Assembly (NCBI GenBank): GCA_965243595.1
Contig: OZ251569.1
Coordinates: 1,877,907-1,941,906, forward strand
Length of the DNA: 64,000 nt
Reading direction: 5' to 3'
Origin: Thermodesulfobacteriota bacterium
Lineage (GTDB): Bacteria > Desulfobacterota_D > UBA1144 > Nemesobacterales > Nemesobacteraceae
Positions 7,898 to 17,005 of this stretch are shown piece after piece. Below the pieces are notes generated by a model. The model was not told the origin of the DNA and did no database searches. It saw only the letters and a program-made list of their open reading frames with translations. The position numbers were made by a program, and so were the translations under genes. The first letter of the stretch is position 1; each line of letters begins with the position of its first letter.

Positions 7898-8257
7898 CTA
7901 GCCGAACTTCTTCTCTATGTCTTCCTGTTCTTCCTTGCAGTTTATGCAGAGAGTGGTTTCGGGCCTGGCTATGAGCCTTTGTTCCGAGATGTCGTCCCCG
8001 CACACCTCGCAGATTCCGTAGGAACCGTCTTCGAGCCTCGTAAGCGCGTCCCTTATCTTGCGAAGCAGCTTTCTCTCCCTGTCCCTTTCCCTGAGCTCCA
8101 GAACCCTGTTGGATTCGGAAAGTGCCCTGTCCAGCGGGTCGGGGAAAGTGCTGGACCCCCTGCCCATCCTCTCCAGAGTCTCGTAGGCGATGCCTGCTAT
8201 GTCGGACATCTTCTTGAGCAGGATGGTTCTTACGGTCTCTTTCGTTTCGCTTCGCAC
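7898..8257 (-). CDS. dksA: DksA/TraR-family C4 zinc-finger transcription factor
   Basis: 119 aa with a coiled-coil N-terminus and the zinc finger CEVCGDDISEQRLIARPETTLCINC. Confidence 0.8.
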   Translation of the reverse strand: MRSETKETVRTILLKKMSDIAGIAYETLERMGRGSSTFPDPLDRALSESNRVLELRERDRERKLLRKIRDALTRLEDGSYGICEVCGDDISEQRLIARPETTLCINCKEEQEDIEKKFG

Positions 8258-8326
8258 GACGAAAATACTATATACCCGCCCCGCGCTTTTGTAAATTTGA
8301 CAAGCGGTTACAAGTTAATCTTCGAA

Positions 8327-9214
8327 ATGCGCGGAATGAATAAACTTACGGTCTCGGCGCCGGGGGAAATCACAGAAGGCGTCTGCGACCTGCTCCTCGG
8401 TCTCGGCGCGGGGGCGGTGAGCCGGGAGGAAGAGCGAAACGCGGAGTCGGTCGTCCACGCGTATTTCGACGAAAGCAAGGACATGGCAGGGGTTGCGGAG
8501 GCCGTCGGGGATTTCGCAAAGTTTCTCGGAGCGCCGGAGAACTCGCTCCGTTTCTGCGCGGGCCGCGTGGAACCGAAAGACTGGGAGAACTGGAAATCCC
8601 GCCTCGGACCGGTGAGGGTGAGCCGCCGCGTGGTCGTCGTTCCCCCCTGGGAAAAAAAGCGCGGGTACGGTCCCGCGACGACGGTGGTCGAGATAAACCC
8701 CGCAAACGCGTTCGGCACCGGGCACCACGAGACGACCAGGATATGCGCATCCTACCTGGACGAACTCCTCGCGCGGAGGAAAGGACTTTCGGTCTTCGAT
8801 CTCGGGTGCGGAAGCGGCGTTCTGGGAATCTGCTCGGCCAAGCTCGGGGCCGGCGCGGTTTTCTGCGCCGACACCGACTTTCACGCGGCCGGGGAGACGA
8901 AGTTAAACTCGAGAAGAAACGCCGTGGACTCGAGGGTAAAGGTCTGGTGCGGCTCCCTGGACGGCACGTCGGGAAAGTTCGACGTGGTGGTCTCCAACAC
9001 GTCCAGGGAGACTCTCGTATCGGTAAGGAACTCTCTGAGGGAGAGACTGCTTCCCGGGGGACGCCTCGTGATTTCCGGCATCCTGGCGACCGAGAGGGGA
9101 GAGATTGCCAGCGCGTACCGAGGCGCGGGTTATGATATAGTTAGCTGGAAGATCGACGGCCAGTGGGCCGGGGCCCTTCTCAGTCCGCGAGAAGAAAAGG
9201 AACCGAAACCATGA
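8327..9214 (+). CDS. prmA: Ribosomal protein L11 methyltransferase
   Basis: Internal ATG at 8327 of ORF 7979-9214. Motifs FGTGHHETT and the SAM-binding site DLGCGSGVL are present. The upstream part of the ORF is antisense to dksA. Confidence 0.8.
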   Translation: MRGMNKLTVSAPGEITEGVCDLLLGLGAGAVSREEERNAESVVHAYFDESKDMAGVAEAVGDFAKFLGAPENSLRFCAGRVEPKDWENWKSRLGPVRVSRRVVVVPPWEKKRGYGPATTVVEINPANAFGTGHHETTRICASYLDELLARRKGLSVFDLGCGSGVLGICSAKLGAGAVFCADTDFHAAGETKLNSRRNAVDSRVKVWCGSLDGTSGKFDVVVSNTSRETLVSVRNSLRERLLPGGRLVISGILATERGEIASAYRGAGYDIVSWKIDGQWAGALLSPREEKEPKP

Positions 9215-10260
9215 ATTCCTTCAGAACCATAGAGTGGAAAGACGACAGGGTCGTCATGATAGACCAGAGAAAGCTTCCCGGCGAGGAGGTCTACGTCGAA
9301 TGCTCCACTTTCGGGGAAGTGGCCGAATGCATAAGGAACATGGTCATCAGGGGAGCGCCGGCCATAGGAATCGCGGCCGCCATGGGAATGGCGCTGGGCG
9401 CCCGGGGACTGGGAGACGACCTGGGACGGGAGGAATTCGAGGCGGAGATGAAGAACATCTCCGAACATCTCTCCCTGACCCGGCCGACGGCCGTGAACCT
9501 CTTCTGGGCGCTCGACAGGATGAACCGTCTTGTACGCGAATCGGGAGAAGCCGGAACGAGGGAGAAGAAGAAGCTTCTCGCGGCCGAAGCCGTCGAGATG
9601 CAGAAAGAGGACCTCGAGACCTGCGTGAGAATCGGGGAGCACGGGGCGGAGCTCATCGAACCCGGGTCGGTCGTCCTGACCCACTGCAACGCGGGCGGAC
9701 TGGCCACCGCGGGTTACGGAACGGCGCTCGGGGTGATCCGGTCGGCTCACGGCGGCGGGAAGAACATAAGCGTCATATCGTCCGAAACCAGGCCGGTGCT
9801 CCAGGGAGCGAGACTTACGACCTGGGAACTTGAGCGCGACGGAATTCCCGTCCGGCTGATAACCGACAACATGGCCGGATACCTGATGAGCAGGGGGATG
9901 GTGGATTCGGTCGTGGTCGGGGCCGACAGGGTGGCCATGAACGGAGACGCGGCCAACAAGATAGGAACCTATTCACTCTCGGTCCTGGCCGGGCACCACG
10001 GCATTCCGTTCTACGTCGCCGCCCCGACCTCGACCATAGACGGCGGGTGCGCGAGCGGAGACGACATTCCCATAGAACAGAGAAATCCCGAAGAGGTGAC
10101 GCACATAGACCGAAAGCGCATAAGCGCCGAAGTGGAGGCGATAAATCCCGCGTTCGACGTAACCCCGTGGGAGAACATCGAATGCCTGATAACCGAAGCC
10201 GGGATACTGAGAAAACCTTACGCCGAATCGCTGGAGGCGCTTAAGAAGAAAGGTCAGTAA
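9211..10260 (+). CDS. mtnA: S-methyl-5-thioribose-1-phosphate isomerase (eIF-2B alpha/beta/delta-like family)
   Basis: MNSFRTIEWKDDRVVMIDQRKLP...IRGAPAIGIAAA...GADRVAMNGDAANKIGTY. ATG 9211 overlaps the prmA stop (ATGA). Confidence 0.8.
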   Translation: MNSFRTIEWKDDRVVMIDQRKLPGEEVYVECSTFGEVAECIRNMVIRGAPAIGIAAAMGMALGARGLGDDLGREEFEAEMKNISEHLSLTRPTAVNLFWALDRMNRLVRESGEAGTREKKKLLAAEAVEMQKEDLETCVRIGEHGAELIEPGSVVLTHCNAGGLATAGYGTALGVIRSAHGGGKNISVISSETRPVLQGARLTTWELERDGIPVRLITDNMAGYLMSRGMVDSVVVGADRVAMNGDAANKIGTYSLSVLAGHHGIPFYVAAPTSTIDGGCASGDDIPIEQRNPEEVTHIDRKRISAEVEAINPAFDVTPWENIECLITEAGILRKPYAESLEALKKKGQ

Positions 10261-10730
10261 CTTTCCCTTTCGATTTCTTCCTGGGCTTCCACGCTCAGCT
10301 TCGTAAAGGGCATGGCCATCAGCCTCTCTTCGCCTATCTTCTCCCCCGTGACCTCGCAGAAGCCGTATTCCCCGCTCTCGATTCTCTTTAGCGCGTCGTC
10401 TATCTGCTGGAGCTTGCTGCGTTCCCTGTTCGAAAGCGTGAGTGCAAGCTCCCTCTGCCTGTCCTCCGACGCGTGGTCGTAGAAATCTCCGACGTTGAAG
10501 CGCAGGTGGTCGGATTCCTCTCTCACCGACCTGACGACGTCCTTCAGCAGCTCCCTTCTCATCTCCGAGAGCATCTTGGTCATGCGGGAGAGAAACTTCT
10601 TGGTGTACTTCCTGGGATTGGTCTTCCTGGAAGACGGGCTCTCGGGCGTTTCGGAGGAAGGATTTTTTTCCGCCCGAACCTTTCCGGACGCGGCTTTGGC
10701 CTGAGGCCGTTTCTTGTTCGCTCTGGGCAA
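10254..10730 (-). CDS. DksA-like protein lacking the zinc-finger cysteines, with a basic Lys/Pro/Ser-rich N-terminal extension
   Basis: The C-terminus GFCEVTGEKIGEERLMAMPFTKLSVEAQ aligns with the dksA finger but keeps only 1 of 4 Cys. The start is inferred as TTG 10730 behind SD GGGAGGA, downstream of a TTGACA-N16-TAACTT promoter (10793..10766). Confidence 0.6.
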   Translation of the reverse strand: MPRANKKRPQAKAASGKVRAEKNPSSETPESPSSRKTNPRKYTKKFLSRMTKMLSEMRRELLKDVVRSVREESDHLRFNVGDFYDHASEDRQRELALTLSNRERSKLQQIDDALKRIESGEYGFCEVTGEKIGEERLMAMPFTKLSVEAQEEIERESY

Positions 10731-10894
10731 GACATTCCTCCCGGCGGTGAATATCCGAGTTTCTAAAGTTAGATTAAGAAAAATTTTTGTCAATACGGCG
10801 TCGGGAGCAGGAACAGACCGCGGGCGGCCCGTCATGTTGCCATATCGTCCCCCGCGGTTAAAATGTCCCCTTAAGCCGTTTCGGCGTCCGTCAG

Positions 10895-12454
10895 ATGAAC
10901 ATCAGGCTACCGAAAAGAGACTCCTGGGCAACCAAGACCGGACTCATTCTCGCCATGGCGGGAAACGCCATAGGTCTCGGCAACTTCCTGAGATTCCCCA
11001 CGCAGGCCGCGGAGAACGGCGGCGGCGCCTTCATGATTCCCTACTTCATAGCCTTCATAGTGATAGGAATCCCCATAATGTGGCTGGAATGGGGCATGGG
11101 AAGATACGGAGGGTCGAGGGGACACGGAACCACCCCGGGAATATTCAACCTTTTCTGGGAAAGCGGCGCTTCCAGGCTCCTGGGAGTGATAGGCCTCTGG
11201 ATACCGCTCGTAGTGGCCATCTATTACGTCTACATCGAGTCGTGGACCCTGGGATACGCCCTGCACTTCGCCCTCGGAACCCACCCCGAACTCGACCCCG
11301 GGTCGATTTCCGACGCCTCGCAGTACGTGAAGCCCTACAGCGAATTTCTCTCAAGCTACATCGGAGCGGGAGACGGAAAGATCATCTTCTCGCCCTCCTC
11401 CATGGCGATTTTCGCGTTCGTGGTGACGATAGCGGCGAACTTCTACATAATGCTCAGGGGAATATCGGGAGGAATAGAAGTATTCGTCAGGTACGCCCTT
11501 CCCCTGCTTTTCGTTCTGGCCATAGTCCTGGTGGTCAGAACCCTGACCCTGGAAACCGACTACGGAACGGCGGTCGAAGGTCTCAACTTTCTCTGGAACC
11601 CGGACTTCGAAGCGCTGAGGAACCCCAAGGTGTGGATAGCGGCCGCGGGACAGATATTCTTCACCCTGAGCCTCGGTTTCGGAGCCATAGTCGTGTACGC
11701 GTCCTACATAAAGCCCAAAGACGACGTCGCTCTAAGCGGACTGACCGCGGCGACCGTGAACGAGGCCACCGAAGTGATTCTCGGAGGCTCGCTGGCGATA
11801 CCGGCCGCCGTGGCGTTTTTCGGAACGGCGAGCGTCGTGGCCATCGCCCAGTCGGGAGCTTTCAGCCTGGGATTCGTAAGCCTTCCGGCCGTGTTCAGCA
11901 GCATACCGGGAGACCTCATGGGCGTCGAAACGGGAAGGATTCTGGGGTTCATGTGGTTTTTCCTGCTGTTTTTCGCGGGCATAACGTCCTCGGTGGCGAT
12001 ATCGTACCCGCTGGTGACGTTTCTCCAGGACGAGTTTTCCATATCGAGGCAGAGATCCGTCGTCTACACGATGTGCGTAATAATCGTAAGCGTCCTTCCC
12101 GTGATACTCATAAGCCAGGTTCTCGACGAATGGGATTTCTGGGCAGGCACCATAATGCTCGTCGTTTTCGGATTCATAGAGGTCGTCATGTTCATGTGGG
12201 TGTTCGGCTCGGAGAAGGCCTGGAACGAAATAAACTCGGGAGGGCTGATAAAAGCTCCGCGCGCGTTCTACTACATGCTTAAATACGTGACGCCCGTCTT
12301 CCTTCTCGTGCTCATAACGTGGTGGGGCTACGGCTATCTGCCGTCGATGTTCGAGGCGAGCGGATGGAACGTGTGGTTCGCCAGGCTCTACATCGTGGGC
12401 CTGTTCGTATTCCTCTCGGTTCTGACTTACGTAGCCAACAGGAGAAAAGCCTGA
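10895..12454 (+). CDS. Sodium-dependent transporter, neurotransmitter:sodium symporter (NSS/SNF) family
   Basis: 519 aa polytopic protein. N-terminal signature [20 protein letters not shown]...GGGAFMIPY. Confidence 0.85.
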   Translation: MNIRLPKRDSWATKTGLILAMAGNAIGLGNFLRFPTQAAENGGGAFMIPYFIAFIVIGIPIMWLEWGMGRYGGSRGHGTTPGIFNLFWESGASRLLGVIGLWIPLVVAIYYVYIESWTLGYALHFALGTHPELDPGSISDASQYVKPYSEFLSSYIGAGDGKIIFSPSSMAIFAFVVTIAANFYIMLRGISGGIEVFVRYALPLLFVLAIVLVVRTLTLETDYGTAVEGLNFLWNPDFEALRNPKVWIAAAGQIFFTLSLGFGAIVVYASYIKPKDDVALSGLTAATVNEATEVILGGSLAIPAAVAFFGTASVVAIAQSGAFSLGFVSLPAVFSSIPGDLMGVETGRILGFMWFFLLFFAGITSSVAISYPLVTFLQDEFSISRQRSVVYTMCVIIVSVLPVILISQVLDEWDFWAGTIMLVVFGFIEVVMFMWVFGSEKAWNEINSGGLIKAPRAFYYMLKYVTPVFLLVLITWWGYGYLPSMFEASGWNVWFARLYIVGLFVFLSVLTYVANRRKA

Positions 12455-12552
12455 TGGAACCCGTGGCGGCGCTGTTCATGTTCCTGTCCTGGGGGTCGGT
12501 GCTTTGCCTTCTGGCCTTCTGCCTGATGAAATTCCAGGGCGGGCCGGAATAA
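12454..12552 (+). CDS. Small hydrophobic protein translationally coupled to the NSS transporter
   Basis: 32 aa, [32 protein letters not shown], with one predicted TM helix. Its ATG overlaps the transporter stop (TGATG). Confidence 0.4.
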   Translation: MEPVAALFMFLSWGSVLCLLAFCLMKFQGGPE

Positions 12553-12651
12553 AAGCTCGGGCGACGAACCCGCCAGCCCCGTACCTTGCGGCCGTCGCGG
12601 TCGGGAGACGCTTCGTCCGCGCGCGTCCGGAGCCCGGTTCCCCTCTTCCGG

Positions 12652-13977
12652 CTAAGAAGACTCTTCGGACTTTCTCCGGCGAAACATCCTGAACACGTCT
12701 TCCAGCTGATGCAGGAGAAACATGGTAAGCAGAAAGGACGACGCGAAAAGAACCAGGGGATTTCCCCCGACGACCGCGAGCGCCACCAGGATTGCCGAGT
12801 AGTAATTTCTTCTTCCGAGGTAGCGAAGGCGCGAGAGCAGTCTCCTGAGGCCTGAAAGCTCCGCGGGGTCGATGTGCCTGTCGACCTCGAAGTAGGCGAC
12901 CAGGCTTCCCGAATCCGTGTACTTCCTTATGAAGTAGAGAGACCAGCAGAGAAACAGCGCGAAAACCGCCAGGTTGTACGCTCCCAGTCCCACCGCGACC
13001 GCGCTTCCGGTCTGGAGGTAGTACCCCAGGGGAACTCCCACCAGGAAGGAAAGAACCGTGAACTGGTCGCTTATCGTGTCGACCCACTGCCCCTTCCTGG
13101 TCTCCATGAGCTTTATCCTCGCGACCTCTCCGTCGCACCTGTCGAGAACCGTGGCTATCTGCATGAACGCGGCTCCGAGCACGGGATGTCCCAGAGCGTA
13201 CAGCGGCCCGCAGAGCACTCCGATCACGTTGATCAGAACGCTTATCATGTTCGGGGTAAGCGGGGTTCTTATGAGAAGCTTGCTGAGCGGAAGGGATATC
13301 CTGCCGTTTATTTTCCTGGCTATCCAGCCCGTGGCGGTCTTCCCGACGTGGGAAAAGATGATTCTTTCGGCTTCCTCGACGGAACCCTCCGCGTCGGAGA
13401 GCCGGTACCACTGCCCGCCGCCGATTCCGAAAGTCCTGACGCGGCCCCGCGCGGCCTCCCGGCCGAGCCAGACGTCGATTCCCGGAGCCGAGAGAATCCC
13501 GGGAACGTCGGCGCGGTCCGCGACGAAGGCTCCCGCTACGCGCCGTCCCGCGCCCGCGTAGCCGCTCGCGCGGCCGGTTTCCGCGTCGGTGTCCACGAGC
13601 GGTTCGGAATTCTCGTCGACAAGAAGGGCTATCTCTCCTTCCCCGCAGCCGCGCGAATCCCGAAGGAATTTCTCCACCGGACCGGACCCCGTCGCGCCGA
13701 AGGAAGATTCCAGAACGAGCACCCTGGCCGAATCCACGGATACGGACCCTCCCGGCGAAACCCAGTCTATCTCCGCGGAGATTCTCCCGTCGTCGAGAAG
13801 CACCCTCAGAAAATCGGCGTTGTCGGCAACTATGTGAAAGCGCTCGACCCCCGCCCTCTGGGAGTTTATCACTATTCTTTTCAGCTGGGCGACCCGGGCC
13901 ACGGACACATCGGCGAACCCGCAAAGGTCCTGTCCGTTTGTTCCCGCGCCGGAACAAAAGACGATGGCGTGCTTCAT
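12652..13977 (-). CDS. Fusion protein: degenerate nucleotidyltransferase-like N-domain plus CDP-alcohol phosphatidyltransferase membrane domain
   Basis: 441 aa. Full CDP-alcohol phosphatidyltransferase motif DRCDGEVARIKLMETRKGQWVDTISD (Dx2DGx2ARx8Gx3Dx3D) followed by TM helices. The N-domain begins VFCSGAGTN in place of a GxGxRL loop. Confidence 0.75.
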   Translation of the reverse strand: MKHAIVFCSGAGTNGQDLCGFADVSVARVAQLKRIVINSQRAGVERFHIVADNADFLRVLLDDGRISAEIDWVSPGGSVSVDSARVLVLESSFGATGSGPVEKFLRDSRGCGEGEIALLVDENSEPLVDTDAETGRASGYAGAGRRVAGAFVADRADVPGILSAPGIDVWLGREAARGRVRTFGIGGGQWYRLSDAEGSVEEAERIIFSHVGKTATGWIARKINGRISLPLSKLLIRTPLTPNMISVLINVIGVLCGPLYALGHPVLGAAFMQIATVLDRCDGEVARIKLMETRKGQWVDTISDQFTVLSFLVGVPLGYYLQTGSAVAVGLGAYNLAVFALFLCWSLYFIRKYTDSGSLVAYFEVDRHIDPAELSGLRRLLSRLRYLGRRNYYSAILVALAVVGGNPLVLFASSFLLTMFLLHQLEDVFRMFRRRKSEESS

Positions 13978-13983
13978 GAAAGG

Positions 13984-14766
13984 CTATTCGGAGGAGTCGA
14001 CGACTTTGAGAATGCCGGCCGCTCCGTATTCTTTCCTCAGGAACCTGTCGGATTCCTTTCTCGCCCTGAAAAGATCGAGAGGACAGTCGACGTCCATCCA
14101 GTAGAGGTTGCCTATGTCGAGGGGCCTGATTTCGTACCCCTTGCTTATCAGCCTGTGTATGGAGGAAATGTACCACTTGCTCTCGGCACCGGGATTTCTC
14201 ATCTCTTCCTCCACGGATCTTTTGAGCAGTTCCACTCCCGTGTCCCTGAACACCCTGATGCCCACCGATTCGGCGGAGGTTTCGCCTTTCGAGATGTTCT
14301 TGCTGATTTTCGAAACCCTGTTGCCGTCGACCACGACCTTCATGTCCTCGCCGTCGTACCTGGGCTTTCTCTTTATCGGAAGGCAGATTTTCTCGTCCCT
14401 GACGGAAAGAGCCTTGTCTAGAACGCCTATTTCGTAAACGTCGTCCCCGTTCATGACCACTATGTCCTCGTCAAATTCGCTTCTGGCTATCCACAGCGAG
14501 ACGAGACTGTTCGTGGACTGGTAGAAAGGATTGTAGAGGGTTTTTATCCTCATCCCCAGACCGTCGTAGCTTCTCAGAAAATCCTCCACCCTCTCGAAGC
14601 CGAAGCCGACGACTATAACGACTTCGTTTATCCCGCAGTCCCTTATGTGGTTTATCTGCTGCTCGAGTATGGATATGTTTCCGATGTCGAGAAGGCACTT
14701 GGGCTTGTCGTGCGTGTAGGGATAAAGCCTGCTGCCCCTGCCCGCCGCGAGTATTATAGCTTTCAT
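13984..14766 (-). CDS. Sugar/alcohol-phosphate nucleotidyl(cytidylyl)transferase, LicC/IPCT-like
   Basis: MKAIILAAGRGSRLYPYTHDKPKCLL... is a canonical NTP-transferase loop. 260 aa. It lies 6 nt upstream of the CDP-alcohol transferase gene. Confidence 0.75.
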   Translation of the reverse strand: MKAIILAAGRGSRLYPYTHDKPKCLLDIGNISILEQQINHIRDCGINEVVIVVGFGFERVEDFLRSYDGLGMRIKTLYNPFYQSTNSLVSLWIARSEFDEDIVVMNGDDVYEIGVLDKALSVRDEKICLPIKRKPRYDGEDMKVVVDGNRVSKISKNISKGETSAESVGIRVFRDTGVELLKRSVEEEMRNPGAESKWYISSIHRLISKGYEIRPLDIGNLYWMDVDCPLDLFRARKESDRFLRKEYGAAGILKVVDSSE

Positions 14767-14861
14767 TCTTGAACCCTAGAGCGTCAAGGAGGCCGCCTGC
14801 CGGAATTCCGGAAACGGCCGTCGCGAAGCACACTCTCCTCCGAAAATGCGTTTAGGGCGTG

Positions 14862-14903
14862 TTTATAACTACAAACGCCCGCTATGTCAAATAGGGGGGG
14901 GGG
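14862..14903 (-). promoter_or_regulatory. Promoter TTGACA-N17-TATAAA for the cytidylyltransferase operon, abutted upstream by a 10-nt G/C homopolymer
   Basis: On the minus strand, -35 is at 14890..14885 and -10 at 14867..14862. G10 on the plus strand at 14894-14903 lies between the panD stop (14911) and the -35. Confidence 0.5.
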
Positions 14904-14910
14904 CGGGAAA

Positions 14911-15303
14911 TCACTCTTCGGCGGCGAGCATCAGACCGTCGATTCCCGATTTCACGCTCGTTATGCCGTTCGTTTCGTCCACGTATACGAGCCTGGGACT
15001 GTGACTCGCGCTCTGCTCTTCGTCGTAGACGGCGAAATCCGCGATTATCAGGCAGTCGCCCTTCTGGGCCAGGTGGGCCGCCGCGCCGTTCACGCAGACG
15101 GTCTTCGACCCCCTGGCTCCCTCTATCACGTAAGTGGAGAAACGGTGGCCGTTGGTCAGGTTGAAGATGTGAACCTCCTCGTAGGGAAACAGGTCGGCGG
15201 CGTCCATGAGGTCCCTGTCGAGCGTAAGACTGCCCTCGTAATCCAGCTCGGCGTCGGTAACCGTGACCCTGTGTATCTTCGACTTGAGCAGCACTCTCTG
15301 CAT
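14911..15303 (-). CDS. panD: Aspartate 1-decarboxylase
   Basis: MQRVLLKSKIHRVTVTDAELDYEGSLTLD (Gly-Ser self-processing site), 130 aa. Confidence 0.9.
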   Translation of the reverse strand: MQRVLLKSKIHRVTVTDAELDYEGSLTLDRDLMDAADLFPYEEVHIFNLTNGHRFSTYVIEGARGSKTVCVNGAAAHLAQKGDCLIIADFAVYDEEQSASHSPRLVYVDETNGITSVKSGIDGLMLAAEE

Positions 15304-15314
15304 AAGCTGGTCCC

Positions 15315-16172
15315 TCAGAGCAAAACGTTGTCGATAAGCCTGGTACCCCCTATCCTCGCCGCCACGGCCACCAGGTCGCCCCGCCCGGCCGCGGTCCTGG
15401 ACTCGAGGGTTTCGGGGTCCGCTATCTCAAGATAATCAATATCATTAATTCGCGCCGCGCGCAATACCCGTTCCGCCGCGGAAAGCAGGGTCCGGCGGTC
15501 GCGGCACCCGCCTTGGAACATTCTCCCGACCTCCCGAAGGGCCCCGTTCACCGCCGCCGCCCTCGTCCTCTGCTCGGCGCTCAGGTAGGCGTTCCTGGAG
15601 CTCATGGCGAGCCCGTCGGGCTCCCGCCTGGTCGGCATCGCGACTATCTCCACGTCCATGTCGAAATCCCTGACCATCCTGCGGACGATCGCGAGCTGCT
15701 GGTAGTCCTTTTCTCCGAACACCGCGAAGTCGGGACGGACCACGTTGAAAAGCTTGAGCACGACCGTGGCCACGCCGTCGAAATGGCCCGGTCTCGCGGG
15801 ACCGCAGAGACGGTCCCCGAGCTCTCCCACGGAAACCGCGGTCTGAAATCCGTCGGGGTAGATTTCCTCCGCGGCGGGATGGAAAAGATAGTCGACCCCG
15901 CTTCGGGCCAGTTTTTCCAGATCTCCCTCGAAGTCCCTCTCGTAGCGGTCGAAGTCCTCCCCGGGCCCGAACTGGGAGGGATTGACGAAAACGCTCACGA
16001 CCGCGACGTCCGCCCTCGCGACCGCCTCGTCCACGAGGCTCATGTGCCCCGGGTGCAGGGCGCCCATCGTGGGAACGAACCCGAGTTTTCCGCGCGCCCC
16101 GGTGCAGTCGCGCGAGACCTTCTTCATCTCCGCGCAGGTTCTCACCACCGAGGGAGCCTTCCTACCGTCCAT
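15315..16172 (-). CDS. panC: Pantoate-beta-alanine ligase
   Basis: GFVPTMGALHPGHMSLV motif. The start may be the internal MKKVS. Confidence 0.85.
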   Translation of the reverse strand: MDGRKAPSVVRTCAEMKKVSRDCTGARGKLGFVPTMGALHPGHMSLVDEAVARADVAVVSVFVNPSQFGPGEDFDRYERDFEGDLEKLARSGVDYLFHPAAEEIYPDGFQTAVSVGELGDRLCGPARPGHFDGVATVVLKLFNVVRPDFAVFGEKDYQQLAIVRRMVRDFDMDVEIVAMPTRREPDGLAMSSRNAYLSAEQRTRAAAVNGALREVGRMFQGGCRDRRTLLSAAERVLRAARINDIDYLEIADPETLESRTAAGRGDLVAVAARIGGTRLIDNVLL

Positions 16173-16965
16173 AGCACTGCTTCTCCGAGGGGAAAGCTCC
16201 TTTTTTCACTTCCTCCACGTATTTTTTCGTCGCCGCCGATATCTCGCTTCCGACTTCCGCGTATTTTTTCACGAACCTGGGAAGCGGCTCCGGCGTGAGG
16301 CCGATCATGTCGTTCACGACGAGCACCTGGCCCCCGCAGTCGGGACCCGAACCTATTCCCACGGTCGGCGTCCCGAGACTTTCCGTCATCTCCCGGGCGA
16401 CTTCGGGAAACACCCCCTCGACGAGAACCATGAAGGCTCCCGCCTCCTCGCAGGCCCTCGCCAGGTTCACGAGCCTTGCCCGTTCCCTCTCGGAACCTCC
16501 CTGAACCGCGTAGCCGCCCGTCGCGTGAACCGACTGCGGACACAGTCCCACGTGGGCGATGACGGGAATTCCCGCCCTCCGGACGTGATACACGGTGTCC
16601 ACGTACGTTTCGTTCACCTCGAGCTTTACCGATTCCGCCCGGCCTTCCTTGAGGAGCCTCGCGGCGTTGCCCACGGCGTCTTCGCGGGACCTCTGGTAGG
16701 AGGCAAACGGCATGTCGGAAGAAAGGTGGGCGCGACGCACCCCCCTGGACACGATCCTCGTGTGGTAGATCATTTCGTCGAGCGTGACGGAAAGCGTGTC
16801 GGGAAGACCCTGAACGACGTTTCCCAGAGAATCCCCGACCAGGACGGCGTCGACTCCCGCCTCGTCGACTATCGCCGCCACGACGGCGTCGTAGGCGGTT
16901 ATCATGGAGATTTTCTCCCCGCGGTCCTTCATCGCGCGGAAATCCGTGGTCCTGACTTTCTTCAC
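16162..16965 (-). CDS. panB: 3-methyl-2-oxobutanoate hydroxymethyltransferase
   Basis: KISMITAYDA...LVGDSLGNVVQG...PFASY, typical PanB, 267 aa. Confidence 0.9.
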   Translation of the reverse strand: MKKVRTTDFRAMKDRGEKISMITAYDAVVAAIVDEAGVDAVLVGDSLGNVVQGLPDTLSVTLDEMIYHTRIVSRGVRRAHLSSDMPFASYQRSREDAVGNAARLLKEGRAESVKLEVNETYVDTVYHVRRAGIPVIAHVGLCPQSVHATGGYAVQGGSERERARLVNLARACEEAGAFMVLVEGVFPEVAREMTESLGTPTVGIGSGPDCGGQVLVVNDMIGLTPEPLPRFVKKYAEVGSEISAATKKYVEEVKKGAFPSEKQCYGR

Positions 16966-17005
16966 CAGCTCTGCACCTTAACCCGCCCCGGGGACGCCGG
17001 GCCCG

